Shown: positions 1-15,370 of the stretch, one piece after another
Layout of the letters: each line of letters opens with the position of its first letter
Position numbering within the stretch: position 1 is the first letter of the stretch
NCBI GenBank assembly: GCA_951406725.2
Contig: OX597822.1
Span: 55,180,001 to 55,244,000 of the forward strand
Length of the DNA: 64,000 nt
Reading direction: 5' to 3'
DNA from: Octopus vulgaris
Taxonomy: Eukaryota
Program-made: the position numbers and the translations under genes
The notes under the pieces: model-generated
Seen by the model: the letters and a program-made list of their open reading frames with translations, nothing else
What the model was told of the DNA's origin: nothing
Database searches by the model: none

Positions 1-579
1 ACAGACCTAGCAGAACTGAAGTCATTTAAATCCTTGTCTCAGAGTGTAATTTAATTATCATTCTCTTTTGGTAATCTTATTTTTATAACAAGAGGAATAA
101 ATCGTCGCTTATTCGACTTATCCAAATCTTAACGTTTGATTACTTCTTTCTCTGTTATAAGGATTTAGTACGCGGTGGTGTGATGAGTAGGCCTACTTAG
201 GGAGGTTTGGAGTTATCTAACCTTCGAGACGGCCAGAAAACCGGGTGAGTGCTGGGCATAGAGGAGTTCAGTTTCAGATTGAGGGGATGCGAGCAGGTAG
301 AAGTAAACCTGGCGGGGCCAGGATCTGCACTGGGAAAGAGAAATGCGAGTTTTATTTTTAGTAGAAATATCGCGGAAGCTGCTGATTTGAAGTGCTGCGT
401 TGTAATATAAGGCATGATTATTAAAGATATCATCATTTGCTGATGTGTTAGAAATCTTGATAGAAACACTAGTGATTGCAGAGGATGCTGATTGGATAGG
501 ATGCTGATGTACAGGAGTGACTCGGTTTATGGTAAGGGTAAATTAGTCTTGGCCACTTTGATTCTATAGTCGATGTCAA

Positions 580-900
580 GTAGACATGTAAACGTATTCA
601 ATGTACACGTTTCTGCTATTCACATTCTGCAGACTCGTGTTAGCACTAGTGGGGCCTCAGCAGATCAAGCCCGACCAGAAATACCTCGCATCACCACAAC
701 CAGCCAAGGTCGCCATATTCTGAGACGACGTGTGTAGGAGAGGTTTCAGATATCAACGAATGCAACTCCGCAGCTGTCTGGTGACCTTCAACAATGTGTC
801 AGCATCAATACTATCTGGCATCGACGTCTCAATGAGAATGGCTTGGCAAACAAAAGTCATCTAATAGGTATAGCTTTGACTGAATGATATCGCAGCAATG
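580..900 (+). mobile_element. Tc1/mariner transposase N-terminal remnant
   Basis: Reads ARPEIPRITTTSQGRHI...VSINTIWHRRLNENGL, like Tc1 GRPRVTT..QDR...IS..TVRRRL.E.GL; contains stops. Confidence 0.5.
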
Positions 901-950
901 AAAGTTTGATGTGAAAGTTGCTCTCGATTACATGAAGATAACGCCTATGT

Positions 951-2217
<1,267 letters not shown>

Positions 2218-2362
2218 TATGTGCTGAAAGTGAAGCTGGACAGATGAGTAATTTCGTCTGTTGAAGAGAATGTGTCATTAGAAGTAACATCCAATAGGTT
2301 GTCAATGCACCGAAAGAAGAATGTATATCATTGAAAGGTTGTAGAAAAGACAATTAACTTAC

Positions 2363-2422
2363 AGAAAACTTTTTACATTTAGGATCCTCTTTTGAAGGTG
2401 TGGTACAACGGTCCATCAAGCT
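2363..2422 (-). CDS. TRPA1: TRPA1-like exon (SLMDRCTTPSKEDPKCKKFS); gene continues left of the window
   Basis: 60 nt, atctag| ... |gtaagt, phase 0 to 0; resembles TRPA1 VLLDFCMLHSTEDKSCRDYY. Confidence 0.85.
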
Positions 2423-2565
2423 CTAGATAGAAGCAGAGGTGCACGGTAAGATTAGAAATGCAGTTATTTTAAAATAGATTTAATTACGAAACTACTTTGC
2501 TCATTAAGGGTGTTCTATGTGGTTGTTAGATTTTTTTCAAAGCACACACTGCCGTTTCACACACA

Positions 2566-2634
<69 letters not shown>

Positions 2635-2654
2635 GATAATGAAGTTCAATATAG

Positions 2655-2762
2655 GTGCATAGTTCCAGGTTCAGTTCCACTGTGTGGCGTCTTGGGTAAG
2701 TGTCTTCTGCCTTGGCAAAGCCTTGTAAGTGGATTTGGTAGACGGAAAGTAAACAAAGGTGG

Positions 2763-2845
<83 letters not shown>

Positions 2846-3068
2846 TGTATGTGGTCGTATGTGTGTGTGTGTGTGTACTGCTTGACAACCGGTACTGGTG
2901 TGTTTACGTCTCGTAACTTAGCGGTTCGGCATTAGAGATCGATAAAATAAGTAGTAAACTTAAAAAGAAATAAGTCCTGGTGGTCAATCTGCTCGACGAA
3001 AACCCCCTCAAGGCAGTGCCCCAGCATGGCCGCAGTCAAATTACTGAAACAAGTAACAGATAAAAGAT
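2655..3068 (+). mobile_element. SINE family A, diverged
   Basis: ggttcagttccactg head, internal (TG)n, gaaacaagtaa tail. Confidence 0.7.
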
Positions 3069-4661
3069 ATCTCTATAAGGGGAGGTGACTATGATTTGTG
3101 TACTTGTAATTCTGGATATATGCTATTAGTGTTGACATGGAGTTTAGAAACAACTACCTTGGTCGTCAATTTGAGAAATATTTCATAGATACGTAACTAT
3201 ACAACTGTGAGGTTTTGTACATATTTGTTTATTGTCTTACTGATTTCGGACACTGGCCACTGGTCACACTATCGTACCGTTATCACAGATCTTTGTAGAA
3301 GAATATTATATTCGAAAGTATTTTATCTTATTATGTAGTTTCTCAGGTTCAATATAATTTGCATAGTTGGAACAAGACACCACAGACAAATAAACATGCA
3401 AGTCACTCCATGAGTTTTCTTCCATTAACTTCGACTATCGTGAGGTACACACATCTAGCTATTTCTATCCAAATATTATCAATAATGATAAATGGAAAAA
3501 TTAATTAATCAATTAATAATTAATAATTTTACCAAGTAGTTCGGTATGTTAAAAGAACCATTATCGGTAAACTTATACAAAAATCCTATAATTAAGAGCA
3601 TAATTATAATTAGGGTTCAGCAAAATTTGCTTCACCACATACCGAAATTTACAAATAGCAGTTAAAATAATATTCTACTACCATATGATATGCTCTATCC
3701 AAATATATATATTTATATGTTATTATGTATACATTAAATTCTTCATGGTAAATTAATCGATCAAATTGTTCATGAGCTTTGCAAATCAAAATACGCCTGC
3801 AAATGGCAGAAAGAACTCTTTACATGTACAAACTAGTTGCTCTCTTCAGCACGGTGACGTATAAGCAAGTATGTAATTGTTACATTGAAGCTAAGAGGAG
3901 TTACGTACCTGGGATAAAAATTGCCATAGCTCGCTAGTTTACTGGTTTTGTACTTATAAAACAAGACATGTTGACCTTTTGAAAAGATGCAATAAAGGAT
4001 TGTAAAACAGTGGCAGGACATAGGGATTCCTGTTATTTTTACAGGTGATGAATTTGTGGGTAGGAGTATAATCGACTACATCAAGCTGAATCTATATTTT
4101 ATCGATCCCGGAAAGACGAAAGTCAACGTAGAAATCGGCAAGATTTGAATTCAGAGTGTAATTAATTGGCCATAATTTATTCCCGTGAGTAATCTTGCCT
4201 GACGTTCTAAAGCTTTAACTAACCAAATACCTTTGTTATCAGTATTTCAGTAGATATTCAATGTCTCAACACTTACAATGTATAATGATTATTTGTGTCG
4301 GAGTCAATGTATAGTAATTTCTTGTTTCACAGTGTGGTTAAGATTCTGCTTGCAATAACGCATGTGCAAATGACATTTTGAATTAAAGATAAACTGGAGA
4401 ATCGGAACATGAAAACTTATACATAAATATAGGCACAGTACGCATTATTTGAACGGGATAAATTATATTTTCGTTGTGAGAACACAAGAAATATTTGTAA
4501 TCTGTAACGAGAACGCATCGCAATCATGCGAAATATCGCAACAGTTTATATTGTACTATCTTTTATAATATTTATAGTTATCTACAACTTTAGGTCATTT
4601 TGTTTTCAAACGAAACTGAGCTATAAATCATAAGAGAGAAATTCTGGAAATATATACCAAC

Positions 4662-4746
4662 CAAACAGACATCAGGCAGTTCTCTAACGAGTCCTACAAT
4701 CGTTTGACCGTAGATTTCTGAAGGTTGTGCCATAATCTCCTCCCAT
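4662..4746 (-). CDS. TRPA1: TRPA1-like exon, linker region (WEEIMAQPSEIYGQTIVGLVRELPDVCL)
   Basis: 85 nt, cttcag| ... |gttggt (weak donor), phase 2 to 0; aligns to the RW...LPE region of TRPA1. Confidence 0.82.
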
Positions 4747-5074
4747 CTGAAGAAGATAATATTAGATTGATTTTTACGGTAACATGATTGGTTGAAAATC
4801 ATCATATTTTCACAACTTATAAACAATGTAAACATATATTTGATAGTGCAAATTAATAATCATTTTAGCTATTCCCTCGGCAAGAACGCATAGATTTTTG
4901 TAGATAGACAACTACACCCCCTCTCTTTCTCTCTAACACCTTGAACTCTATACCAAATTATTTACAAACAAACTATATTTATTGAAAACTTTACGGGAAA
5001 ACTCCAGACATGTTCTACCCACCAAACAGAAGATAAATACAAACTGTTTTTACTTCAAATTTCAAATTTTTATT

Positions 5075-5117
5075 AACATTTGATAAGACGAAATTCATCA
5101 TCGAAACCGGTAATATT
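5075..5117 (+). ncRNA. Minimal type-I hammerhead ribozyme motif (U3-A8 core variant)
   Basis: aacat-TTGATAA-gacg aaattcat catc-GAAA-ccgg-TA-atatt; palindromic stem III ACCGGT; one mismatch each in stems I and II. Confidence 0.55.
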
Positions 5118-5194
5118 TTATATTTTCTATATATATATAAATTTTAAAAAATCATTTTATTAATTTCTTTCTAAATTAAAATGTGTTAAATTAT

Positions 5195-6315
5195 TTCTGT
5201 GCTGTTTCCACATCTATTTTCGGGAGCAACTGTTTTGTCGAAGGCGTATCTTGTTGTGAATTGCTTGAAATACGGAGTAGAAAAATGGCCGACAACGGAT
5301 GAAGGGTCGTTCTTTATGTTGCTTATCTTGTTTTCCATTTGTTTCTTTCGTTGTTCGAAAAAAAGTTCATATTCCATGTATTCGTATTTCGTATTTCATG
5401 TTGTTTATGTTTTGTGATGTCCTGTGCCCACATATGCGTATGTATATAGATATATATGTATGTACATATCTGTATATATATCATTTATATTATTATATGA
5501 TTGAACGCTACGCATCCATTTCCAAGTAAGCTTTATCTTAATTTTGATGCGACACTCATTCTGCTCTAATACTCTTTCGTTTCCTCTCTCTTCCTTTCTC
5601 TAATTCTTTTTATCTCCCCTTCTCCTCCTTTCGTTTTTTCTCTCTCATCCTTTCTCTAATTCTTTTCCTCTCCCCTTCGCCATTCTCTGTCTGTCCCTCT
5701 CTCTCCCTCACTCATCCTCCTTTGCTCTCTCGCTGCTCGCACATGACCATCGGCCACCTTTCTTTTCTTCCCTAACTTGAGTTTCTTTCCTTGTGATTCA
5801 GTTGCAGGGATCAGACGCATTCTTGTCTGTCTCCTGTTCAAGCTTGTTCCACCACGTTCGTCACCTCACCTCGTTTAGGCTTAGCAACCCTTCCTGTTTG
5901 TTTTCACTGTCCCGTTTTTGTTAGCAATTTTGACCCACTGCAAAATCTCAAATTTTATTTAATTTTCTCTGCGAGAGCAACTGTTTTGTCGAAGGCGTAT
6001 CTTGTCGTGAATTGCTCCACGAAATACGGAATAAAGCAGCCGACAATTCATGTTGCTTGTCTTGTTACTTGTCTTGTTTTCCATTTGATTCGTTCGTTGT
6101 TCGAACAAAAGTTCATATTCCATGTTTTCGTATTTCGCTTTTCATCCTGTTTTCGTATTTCTTGTTGTTTACGTTCTGTGACGTCCTGTGCCTACATATG
6201 CATATGTATATACATATCTATGTAAGTATGTACATATATGTATGTATATATACACATATATATATTATTTACATCATTATATGATAGAACGCCACGCATC
6301 CATTTCCAAATAAGT
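5195..6315 (+). repeat. Two diverged direct copies (~5195-5535 and ~5965-6315) of a repeat separated by a CT-rich stretch
   Basis: Shared gagcaactgttttgtcgaaggcgtatcttgt ... gaacgc.acgcatccatttccaa. Confidence 0.7.
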
Positions 6316-6427
6316 TATATATATATATATATATTTTAAGGACAATTTACTGTCATTTTTTACGACGGTTAAGCCTACTTCTGTTAACCTACATGTTAAA
6401 CTACTACTACTACTACTACTACTACTG

Positions 6428-6487
<60 letters not shown>

Positions 6488-7048
6488 TCTCCCACCAACA
6501 CTACCACTCTCAACGTTATTTATGGAGATCGGCAGCGATATCAGGAGGAAGTTTCAGTACGACCATTCTGTCTACTAGAAATAGATGTGAAATCTTCCTC
6601 CATTTACACAGTCGTCTATAAAAAATTTTTCTCGATGTTTGATACTTTAATTATACCACAGAACACTATATTGCATTACAATTCCATTACAGGCATAAAT
6701 ACTTGAGAATGGGTTGGTGACGAAAAATGTTTGGATTTTCACGGCTGGATCAGAACTGAAATATGGGGATAAACAACAGCAACAACACCAACAACAGTAA
6801 AAACAATAACAACAGCAACAACAACACAGCAGCAACAGTGGCAACAACAACAACAACAACAACAGCACCAGTACTAGTAACATTACTAATGGCAACATTA
6901 TCACCAGCAGTATCATTGTCACAGATAAAGCGACGACGACGCAAAGATTACTATCATCACGGTTATCACGGTCATTAGAAACAAACTATAAGAAACTAAC
7001 TACTAATACAACAACCATCTTTCCAATTCTTTGCAAACATTTATTTAC

Positions 7049-7215
7049 CTCTGATGTTCAATTACAGCCTGCGCCACTTCGAAACTTTTCATTTCTAGAA
7101 TATGGTCGTAAAATGTCATCTTCTTTCTATCTTTGAGTATCTTCGCCTTACACGAGAGTAGTAAACACACTGCTGTAGTGTGGCCGTTTTTCGCTGATAA
7201 ATGCAGAGCCGTTTC
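7049..7215 (-). CDS. TRPA1: TRPA1-like exon (ETALHLSAKNGHTTAVCLLLSCKAKILKDRKKMTFYDHILEMKSFEVAQAVIEHQR)
   Basis: 167 nt, atcaag| ... |gtaaat, phase 0 to 2; last ankyrin repeats. Confidence 0.93.
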
Positions 7216-8306
7216 CTTGATGGGGGATAGGTAAGAATATATAATGTTGCAAAAAACATTCATTAACAACAACAACAACAACTATAATAATAATGATAAT
7301 AATAATAATAATAATAACAACAATAACAACACCAATAAAAAAAAAAAATAATAATAATAATAATCCTTTCTTCTGGAAACTCAGGGCGTCAAATTTGGAG
7401 GATTACATCGACCCCTACCGACCCCGAAAGGATGAAAGGCAAAGTCGACACCGGCGGAATTTGCACTCAGAACGTAGCGGCAGACGAAATACTGTAGATG
7501 ATGATGATGCAATCCTAGTGATATAGAAAGATCTCTTGGGTCATTTGAAGAAACTCCTTATACAAGATCTCCCCGAACAATAATTTTGCTCTCCAGCTTA
7601 TAGGTCTATACTTATGAATGGTGCCATCCACTCTTACCATTTTCTCAACTATTACGTACATTTCAATAAATTCATTCGAGGACAGAACCTCTATTTCCAC
7701 TTTCACCTGCCATCTCGAATGAAACTTGAGGACGACAAGAACTCTATCAAAGAGGAAAGTCCCTGTCCTCATATCAATCAACCACGTCCACTATAAAACT
7801 TCGCTATAGCTATCAAACAGAGGAAAACTACCTTCTCTTTCTGTCTTTAGCCAGACAAGTGGACGAGGGCAAGCATCACCATAGACTTGCCGAACAGCCG
7901 GGTCCACCTCGCACGCAACAGTTGCTGTTTTACATGAATCTACAAGTCAGACACAGTCGGACATTGAAGGAGTGCATGCAGAACGATTTCGTTCTGCATG
8001 CGCATCTTGGACAGGACCGTCTGATATTTCCGAGTTTGTCAGGAACCGATGGCACCCCTCAGTAGCACTCCTAAGCAAAAGACTTTTGGAAATCACCCAA
8101 ATTACCTTTGCTTTTCCATTGGAAAACATCGGTGTGGAGAAGCAGGACTAGTATGCATGGGTGACTGCTGGTCTTCCATAAAAAAACCTTGCCCGGACTT
8201 GTGCCTCAGAGGCGAAATTTTAGGTGCAACCCCATGGTAATTCATAACAGAAGGGTGTTTTTACCCGTTACCCTTACGCCTAGTTTATAAATTGTATCTG
8301 ACTTAC

Positions 8307-8421
8307 CCCATCTACATTTGTAGCGTTCATCAAATAACAGTGGACATTTAATAACAATGTAATACTTTTCGTATAACCGTTGGCGGCAGCATGGTGAAGA
8401 GGAGAATTATTTCTATTGTCT
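8307..8421 (-). CDS. TRPA1: TRPA1-like exon (DNRNNSPLHHAAANGYTKSITLLLNVHCYLMNATNVDG)
   Basis: 115 nt, tttcag| ... |gtaagt, phase 2 to 0. Confidence 0.93.
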
Positions 8422-8766
8422 CTGAAAAACGAAATGAATATATGTACTAAGGATACGTCTTCAATGCTTTAAGGCACTGACATCAACTTCAATACTTTTG
8501 AAATCTCCTGTAGGTTTTTATTGATCTCAACTGTTTGTCGATCCATTAAGTAACCGAATACAAACGGACAGAACATTAATAACAATGGTTATTGCCTGTT
8601 GTAAACCTAAACAGAAACCCAGGCATATATACATGCAACATGTATGTATGTATGTATGTATGTATGTATGTATGTATGTATGTATGTATGTATGTATGTA
8701 TGTATGTATGTATGTGTGTATGTATGTATGTATGTATGTATGTATATATGTATGTATGTATGTATG

Positions 8767-8800
<34 letters not shown>

Positions 8801-8831
8801 TGTATGTATGTATGTATGTATGTATGTATGT

Positions 8832-9198
8832 GTCTCCTCCATTTTTTAAATTAGTATAAATCTTCTATTGAGGAGGGAGCCGGTTTCCAACAAAGATACA
8901 AGGCTCCATCTTTGGGATGTAGTAACACACAAATTCACATTTGGAACATAGGAAAAGTCTTGCATATTTTTACAGTTCCACTCACAGATTGTTTTTGTAA
9001 TGTACGAATCAGCCGGTCAATTTCTCTTTCTGAAAATCTCATTTTATCCAGATTCTCCTTTAAGCATTTACTAACAAAACCTAGTGCTCCAATTATTATT
9101 GGTATGAATATGAATTCATAGTCTGGATATAGAAACTGGAGGTTTCCAAGCAGTTGTCCATAGATATCCGCTTTTTCTTTGATTTTCAAAGAGATATT

Positions 9199-9200
<2 letters not shown>
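8832..9200 (-). mobile_element. 3' fragment of RLE-type non-LTR retrotransposon between (TATG)n tracts
   Basis: ORF 8935-9354 KEKADIYGQL...FIPIIIGALG...GTVKICK; related to 55772-56190. Confidence 0.7.
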
Positions 9201-9230
<30 letters not shown>

Positions 9231-9548
9231 TGTATGTATGTATGTATGTATGTATGTATGTATGTATGTATGTATGTATGTATGTATGTATGTATGTGTA
9301 CGTGTGTATGATTTTTCTTTGAGTTTTATATAAGTTCTTCTTCGGAGAGTTCAAGCTAACAAAGCGACAAGACTTTTAGAGTCAAGAAAGTTCCTGGCGT
9401 TTGTAAATATGTGGTTGAGTTGTATGTATGTATGTATGTATGTATGTATGTATGTATGTATGTATGTATGTATGTATGTATGTATGTATGTATGTGCGTG
9501 TGTGTGTGTATGTATGTATGTATGTATGTATGTATGTATGTATGTATG

Positions 9549-9580
<32 letters not shown>

Positions 9581-9685
9581 ATGTTAACAGAGAAGGTATT
9601 GTATTAATATATGAAAAGAACTATCAATTAAAATGTTTAATATTTTAAGAAAATGTAGAATTCCATTGTTAAATTATCAACTTAC

Positions 9686-9850
9686 TTTGAAACGACTGCT
9701 CCTCTTGTAATCAGCAGATCCAAAATCTTGACATGACCGTTTTCTGCTGCTATGTGCATAGCACTCATTCCTTTTCCATCAGTTTCGTTCAGGATGTTTT
9801 TGCCTTGTATACTATCCAGAAGTTTACAACAGCTCTTGTATCTTCCATAC
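9686..9850 (-). CDS. TRPA1: TRPA1-like exon (YGRYKSCCKLLDSIQGKNILNETDGKGMSAMHIAAENGHVKILDLLITRGAVVSK)
   Basis: 165 nt, aattag| ... |gtaagt, phase 2 to 2; YGR..C..LL...LNE.D..GM pattern of TRPA1. Confidence 0.94.
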
Positions 9851-9904
9851 CTAATTAATATGAATATGTAATTAATGAGTCGTATATACTGTGTCTACCA
9901 CACA

Positions 9905-9951
<47 letters not shown>

Positions 9952-10069
9952 ACACACACACACTCACACACACACACACACTCACGCACACATACGCACG
10001 CACACACGCATATATATGTATATATATATATGCATGTTCTTCTAAATGTATGTGTGTGTGTATATATAA

Positions 10070-10135
<66 letters not shown>

Positions 10136-10340
10136 GGAAAGTTTACGAAAATAAACAAAAGACGAAGACAGGTGGTGTACAAAACAAACAGATGTATTAG
10201 TATAGCGCTCAGGAATAGAAAAAGTCTTTTACGTTTCGAGCCTACGCTCTTATGTATGTATGTATGTATGTAGGTATGTATGTATGTATGTATGTATGTA
10301 TGTATGTATGTATGTATGTATGTATGTATGTATGTATGTA

Positions 10341-11003
10341 TGTTTGTTTCGAGACGCATAAGTTATAATGGTTATTGACAATTTTGTCTTTTTTTCGGCA
10401 TATTTGGCATTAGAATTTTTCTTTTGCCCTTATTTTGTAAATTATTTTAAAATTTAACCTTTAAAGGTATTTTTTGATATGCTGGCCATTGATAAAATAT
10501 TTTTTCCCGAAAAAATTTAACCTACATTAGTTATAAATTTAATAGTGTTCACTTCCGGATTCTCTCACTCTGTGAAAATTTCTAGTTCGAATCACACGTG
10601 TCTCGAGATGTGCCGAAGATTTTCTATTTTGGATATATTTGGGGTACTTAGGTCTGCTCTGGACTTAGTACTTGCTTTTTTCGTGGGTATGAGTAAGTAT
10701 TTCACTTATATCTCACGTATTTATCGCTGAAGAGGGGAAAATTCTTATGAATTAACCCCGAAATTGGGACCAATACGGTAATAACAGATTTTTTAGAAAT
10801 TTCTATCGGTTTGTTTTGAGACGCATAAATTATAATGGTGATTGACAATTTTGTCTTTTTTTCGGCATATTAGGCATTATAATTTTTCTTTTGCCCTTAT
10901 TTTGTAAATTATTTATAAATTTAACCTTTAAAGGTATTTTTTGATATGCTGGCCATTGATAAAAAATTTTTTCCCGGAAAAACTTTTATCTTACATTAGT
11001 TAT
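10341..11003 (+). repeat. ~468-bp unit with ~195-bp direct terminal repeat carrying a hammerhead (Penelope pLTR- or retrozyme-like)
   Basis: 10341-10535 repeated at ~10809-11003; hammerhead at 10721-10781 lies just before the second copy. Confidence 0.7.
10721..10781 (+). ncRNA. Minimal type-I hammerhead ribozyme motif
   Basis: ttatcg-CTGAAGA-gggg...cccc-GAAA-ttgggaccaa-TA-cggtaa; all three stems pair; predicted cleavage 3' of 10775. Confidence 0.75.
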
Positions 11004-11004
11004 G

Positions 11005-11035
<31 letters not shown>

Positions 11036-11081
11036 CAAAAAAGAGTGAAAAAAACTACAGAAGGCTTGTGTTATATGGTTT

Positions 11082-11146
<65 letters not shown>

Positions 11147-11485
11147 CGTTTTGAGATTTGGTTTGCATGCTTCTTTATGTGAGTTCATGTGTTGAAGCAT
11201 ATTCTGTTGTGTCTGGGGTGATTCATTCTCTTTTAGTGCCTTATAATTAAACACACTCACCGGTAAAATTTACACTCATTTCCTTCCTTATTTTCCTAAA
11301 ATTTTCGTTGCAAGACGTGCTGACCATTTATTTACGATTTTATTCAACATAACTCCCTCTCAGATACACAGTCCTTCAGTTCTTCTAAGCCTTGTCAAAG
11401 AACTCGGAAGGCTGAACCTGCAATTAGGCCTTCGTGACACTCATAAAGCCAAGACCTTTTCAGCACCCCTCGTATGAATGTATGA

Positions 11486-11589
<104 letters not shown>

Positions 11590-11844
11590 GTGTGTGCGTG
11601 TGTGTTTGTGTTTATATATATATACAAAATGTAGAGGACTAACCACTAAAAGTGAACAGCTTATATGCTAAACATAGTTTCTAATGCAAAATATGCCGAA
11701 AAATTGGACATATTGTTCATTACCATATAATTTTTCACAAAACGTAGCGTGCGTATTGTGAAAAATTATATGGTAATGGACAATATGTCCAATTTTTCGG
11801 CATATTTGGCATTAGAAACTTTTTCGTTTGCCCTTATTTATAAG

Positions 11845-11930
<86 letters not shown>

Positions 11931-12149
11931 AGGATCCACACAATAATGCATCTATTCATTCTTAATACGTTCTGGCCGATTCGGACGTGTATCTCTGTTG
12001 CTTTTTGTCAGCGAGAAAATCTCATTAATTTCGAATGTAGCAGAGCGTATGAAGAATGAACAGATCCGTTATTGCTTAGATTTTCGTATATGCAAATTAG
12101 ATTGCACACACGCACACGCAGACATCACATGTACATACATATTTCTTAC

Positions 12150-12331
12150 CGGACAGCAAAGTGAAATGGTGACGCTCTGTCATTGTTCTTCGAATTAATG
12201 CTTGCTCCGGACCTGAGTAAATCATTTAACGCAGCCAGTCGTCCTTCTTGAGAGGCATAGTGTAATGCTGTACAGCCAAACGCATCCTTTTCATTGGTTA
12301 GCTGTTTAATGGTTACATGAACATTTCCGTA
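12150..12331 (-). CDS. TRPA1: TRPA1-like exon (YGNVHVTIKQLTNEKDAFGCTALHYASQEGRLAALNDLLRSGASINSKNNDRASPFHFAVR)
   Basis: 182 nt, atgcag| ... |gtaaga, phase 0 to 2; TRPA1-like GCT.LHYA...SP.HFA. Confidence 0.93.
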
Positions 12332-12366
12332 CTGCATCATAAAAAGATGATGATGATGATGATGAT

Positions 12367-13028
<662 letters not shown>

Positions 13029-13032
13029 TAAT

Positions 13033-13068
<36 letters not shown>

Positions 13069-13100
13069 TAAGTAGGAGTGGTAGTTTATTGGATACGTAC

Positions 13101-13298
13101 GGATTCTGAACAAACCATTTTCGATGCCACCGCGCCTCCTTTTATAGCCAAGTGAAGAACATTTCGGGAGTTTACGTCTTTTGCCAGAGGATTCGCGCCT
13201 GCTCTGCACAACAAATTTCCGGCTTCATGGCTGCCCTTGCTGGCAGCAAGCAGCAAAGGCGTCCTCTGATATATATCTCCTATTTCAAGATCAGCTCC
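13101..13298 (-). CDS. TRPA1: TRPA1-like exon (GADLEIGDIYQRTPLLLAASKGSHEAGNLLCRAGANPLAKDVNSRNVLHLAIKGGAVASKMVCSES)
   Basis: 198 nt, tttcag| ... |gtacgt, phase 0 to 0; RTPLLLAAS and RNVLHLAI motifs; this frame is not in the ORF track. Confidence 0.92.
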
Positions 13299-13485
13299 CT
13301 GAAATTAGAAATAAGGTAATTGTGTCCACAAGGAATAAACAATGATATTAGTTGAGCAGAATGCACAAATTTTTTAATTCATTAAGACAACAAAAACCAA
13401 AGCCTATATGTGTGTGTGTGCGTATGTGTGTGTATGTGTGTGTGCGCGCGTGTACGTGTGCGTGTGTGCGTGTGTGTATGATATA

Positions 13486-13533
<48 letters not shown>

Positions 13534-13636
13534 AAAAAAGGAGATGTGGAACACGAGTTGTGATATATAAAAAAGGAAATGAAGAAAATGCTGACAAAAT
13601 AATTTAAGTAATTTAAGTAATTTAATTAGGTGAAGT

Positions 13637-13676
13637 TCTTTTTACCGGTTGCGCATTTGTTATGCTTATGAAAAGA
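13637..13676 (-). ncRNA. Degenerate hammerhead motif in a module flanked by (TA)n
   Basis: tctttt-cataa-gcat aacaa atgc-GCAA-ccgg-TA-aaaaga; stems intact, both core boxes mutated. Confidence 0.35.
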
Positions 13677-13720
13677 TGTTTTTTTAAGAGAGATAGAGTT
13701 ACTTTCTGATAGATTTTTTC

Positions 13721-13777
<57 letters not shown>

Positions 13778-13937
13778 TCCCCGCATACAAGAAATTCCAA
13801 ACCAAAATAAATCACATACAGAAATGTGACACGCATCACTAAACAAAACATCCATAGACACCCACACACACATAACAATCTGAAGCAACAATCCACCACT
13901 CCCCCAGACCAGTCCCATACAACATCACAGACAGCTC

Positions 13938-14850
13938 ATGCAAACAAAACTGCAACCAACATTTTTTAACCCCAGACCAGAGACACCAGAACATAGGTTG
14001 GAACCTGGTGGTCAGGAAAAACCGAAGATAATTAACCTCTCAACTAAACCTCTGTCAAACACAAAGATAGACATCCTCTCAAAAGGGTTAAAATTCACCC
14101 CAACACCACGCAAAACCAACCAAAATGAAGTGAAGGACAGTATAATAGAATTCTGTAGAAAATTAAGACTCACAGAAACATTAACCAATTACAATACTGA
14201 AGATGACTCACTAGTCAAAAACAAAAGTGGACACATCCCCCACAAAGAAAGAAAAAAAAATCTTGATGAATTCTGTAACTACATTGAGAACTTTCCTTAC
14301 CACACCATGCATGAATAGACAGTTAACTCAAACTTTAGCACTATGCAATGGAAGGAACCAACAGAATTTCAAAATAATGAAGATATAACGATTAAGGAAG
14401 CAGATAAAGGAAGCGCAGTGGTATTATACTATGGAAATCTAGTAATCTCCATGCTGGATGACAGTCAACATTACGAAAAAATCATAAACTACACCCCGAA
14501 AAATTAATGTAAAGCCTGTTCTCACTAATTAAAACCCATGGAAAAGAACTGACGACCAAAGAAATTGACTTTTTAACAAACTTTAAATGTAAACCTAGCC
14601 TTTTCTACGGTCTACCAAAAATCCACAAAAGCCAGATTATAACTGAAACTATAAAAAAATCACCAAAGACGTACATACATACACCAAACCCAGGGGACAT
14701 AAAATTACGACCCATTATAGCTGGCCCAGCCTGTGAAACACACAGACTAAGTTTGTTTATGGACATCCTCCTGAAACCCTTCCTTAAACACATCAATAGC
14801 TATATCAGAGATGAGGTGGACACATAAAATCACCTCCCAAAAAAGTCAAG
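13938..14850 (+). mobile_element. Penelope-like element reverse transcriptase N-terminal remnant
   Basis: IINLS...LSKGLKFTPTP, IKEADKGSAVV, FYGLPKIHK and LRPIIAG...SYIRD motifs with stops and frameshifts. Confidence 0.88.
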
Positions 14851-15370
14851 GAAGAATCAATCAGAATTCTATTAGACAAAATAGCTGTATAACTTAGAGG
14901 TTTATGATATGAGACGCAATTTCAAAAATAATAGGTTTCCGGGGTTTGTTAAATGAATATTTTTGATAAAAGGAAAATTGTTTGATATAACGGTATAATT
15001 AAAAAAATTAAGAAGTGATTTTGTTGGTACGGCTGTTTGGAACGCTATAAACCTTACAATAAGAACTATGCGATCACTGCTATTTCAAGCATGCTAAACG
15101 TAGTTGGGTTACCTTGAAGTTTGTTTAAATTAGAGATATATCACAACTACAATAAATCACTGAAAGAAATATTTACTAAGCAAGTGAGCATTATTATACA
15201 AAGAAATAAACGTAAAATATAAAAATTGTTAGAATTGGGAAGCAAAGGTGAAAATATTATCAAATGGCTAACAGAAAACCGCCCGAAAAGCAGTCTTTCT
15301 GCTAGTTTACATAATGTGTGTGTGTGTATATATATGTATATATATAAACACACACACACATATATATATT

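Noticed and set aside
5981-6040. Hammerhead-like tcgaagg...GAAA-tacggaa-TA
   Set aside because: The core and stems II and III are too degenerate to call
11280-11320. Half-motif gcaac-GAAA-at-TT-tagg on the minus strand
   Set aside because: The 5' core box is absent, so it is a fragment at best
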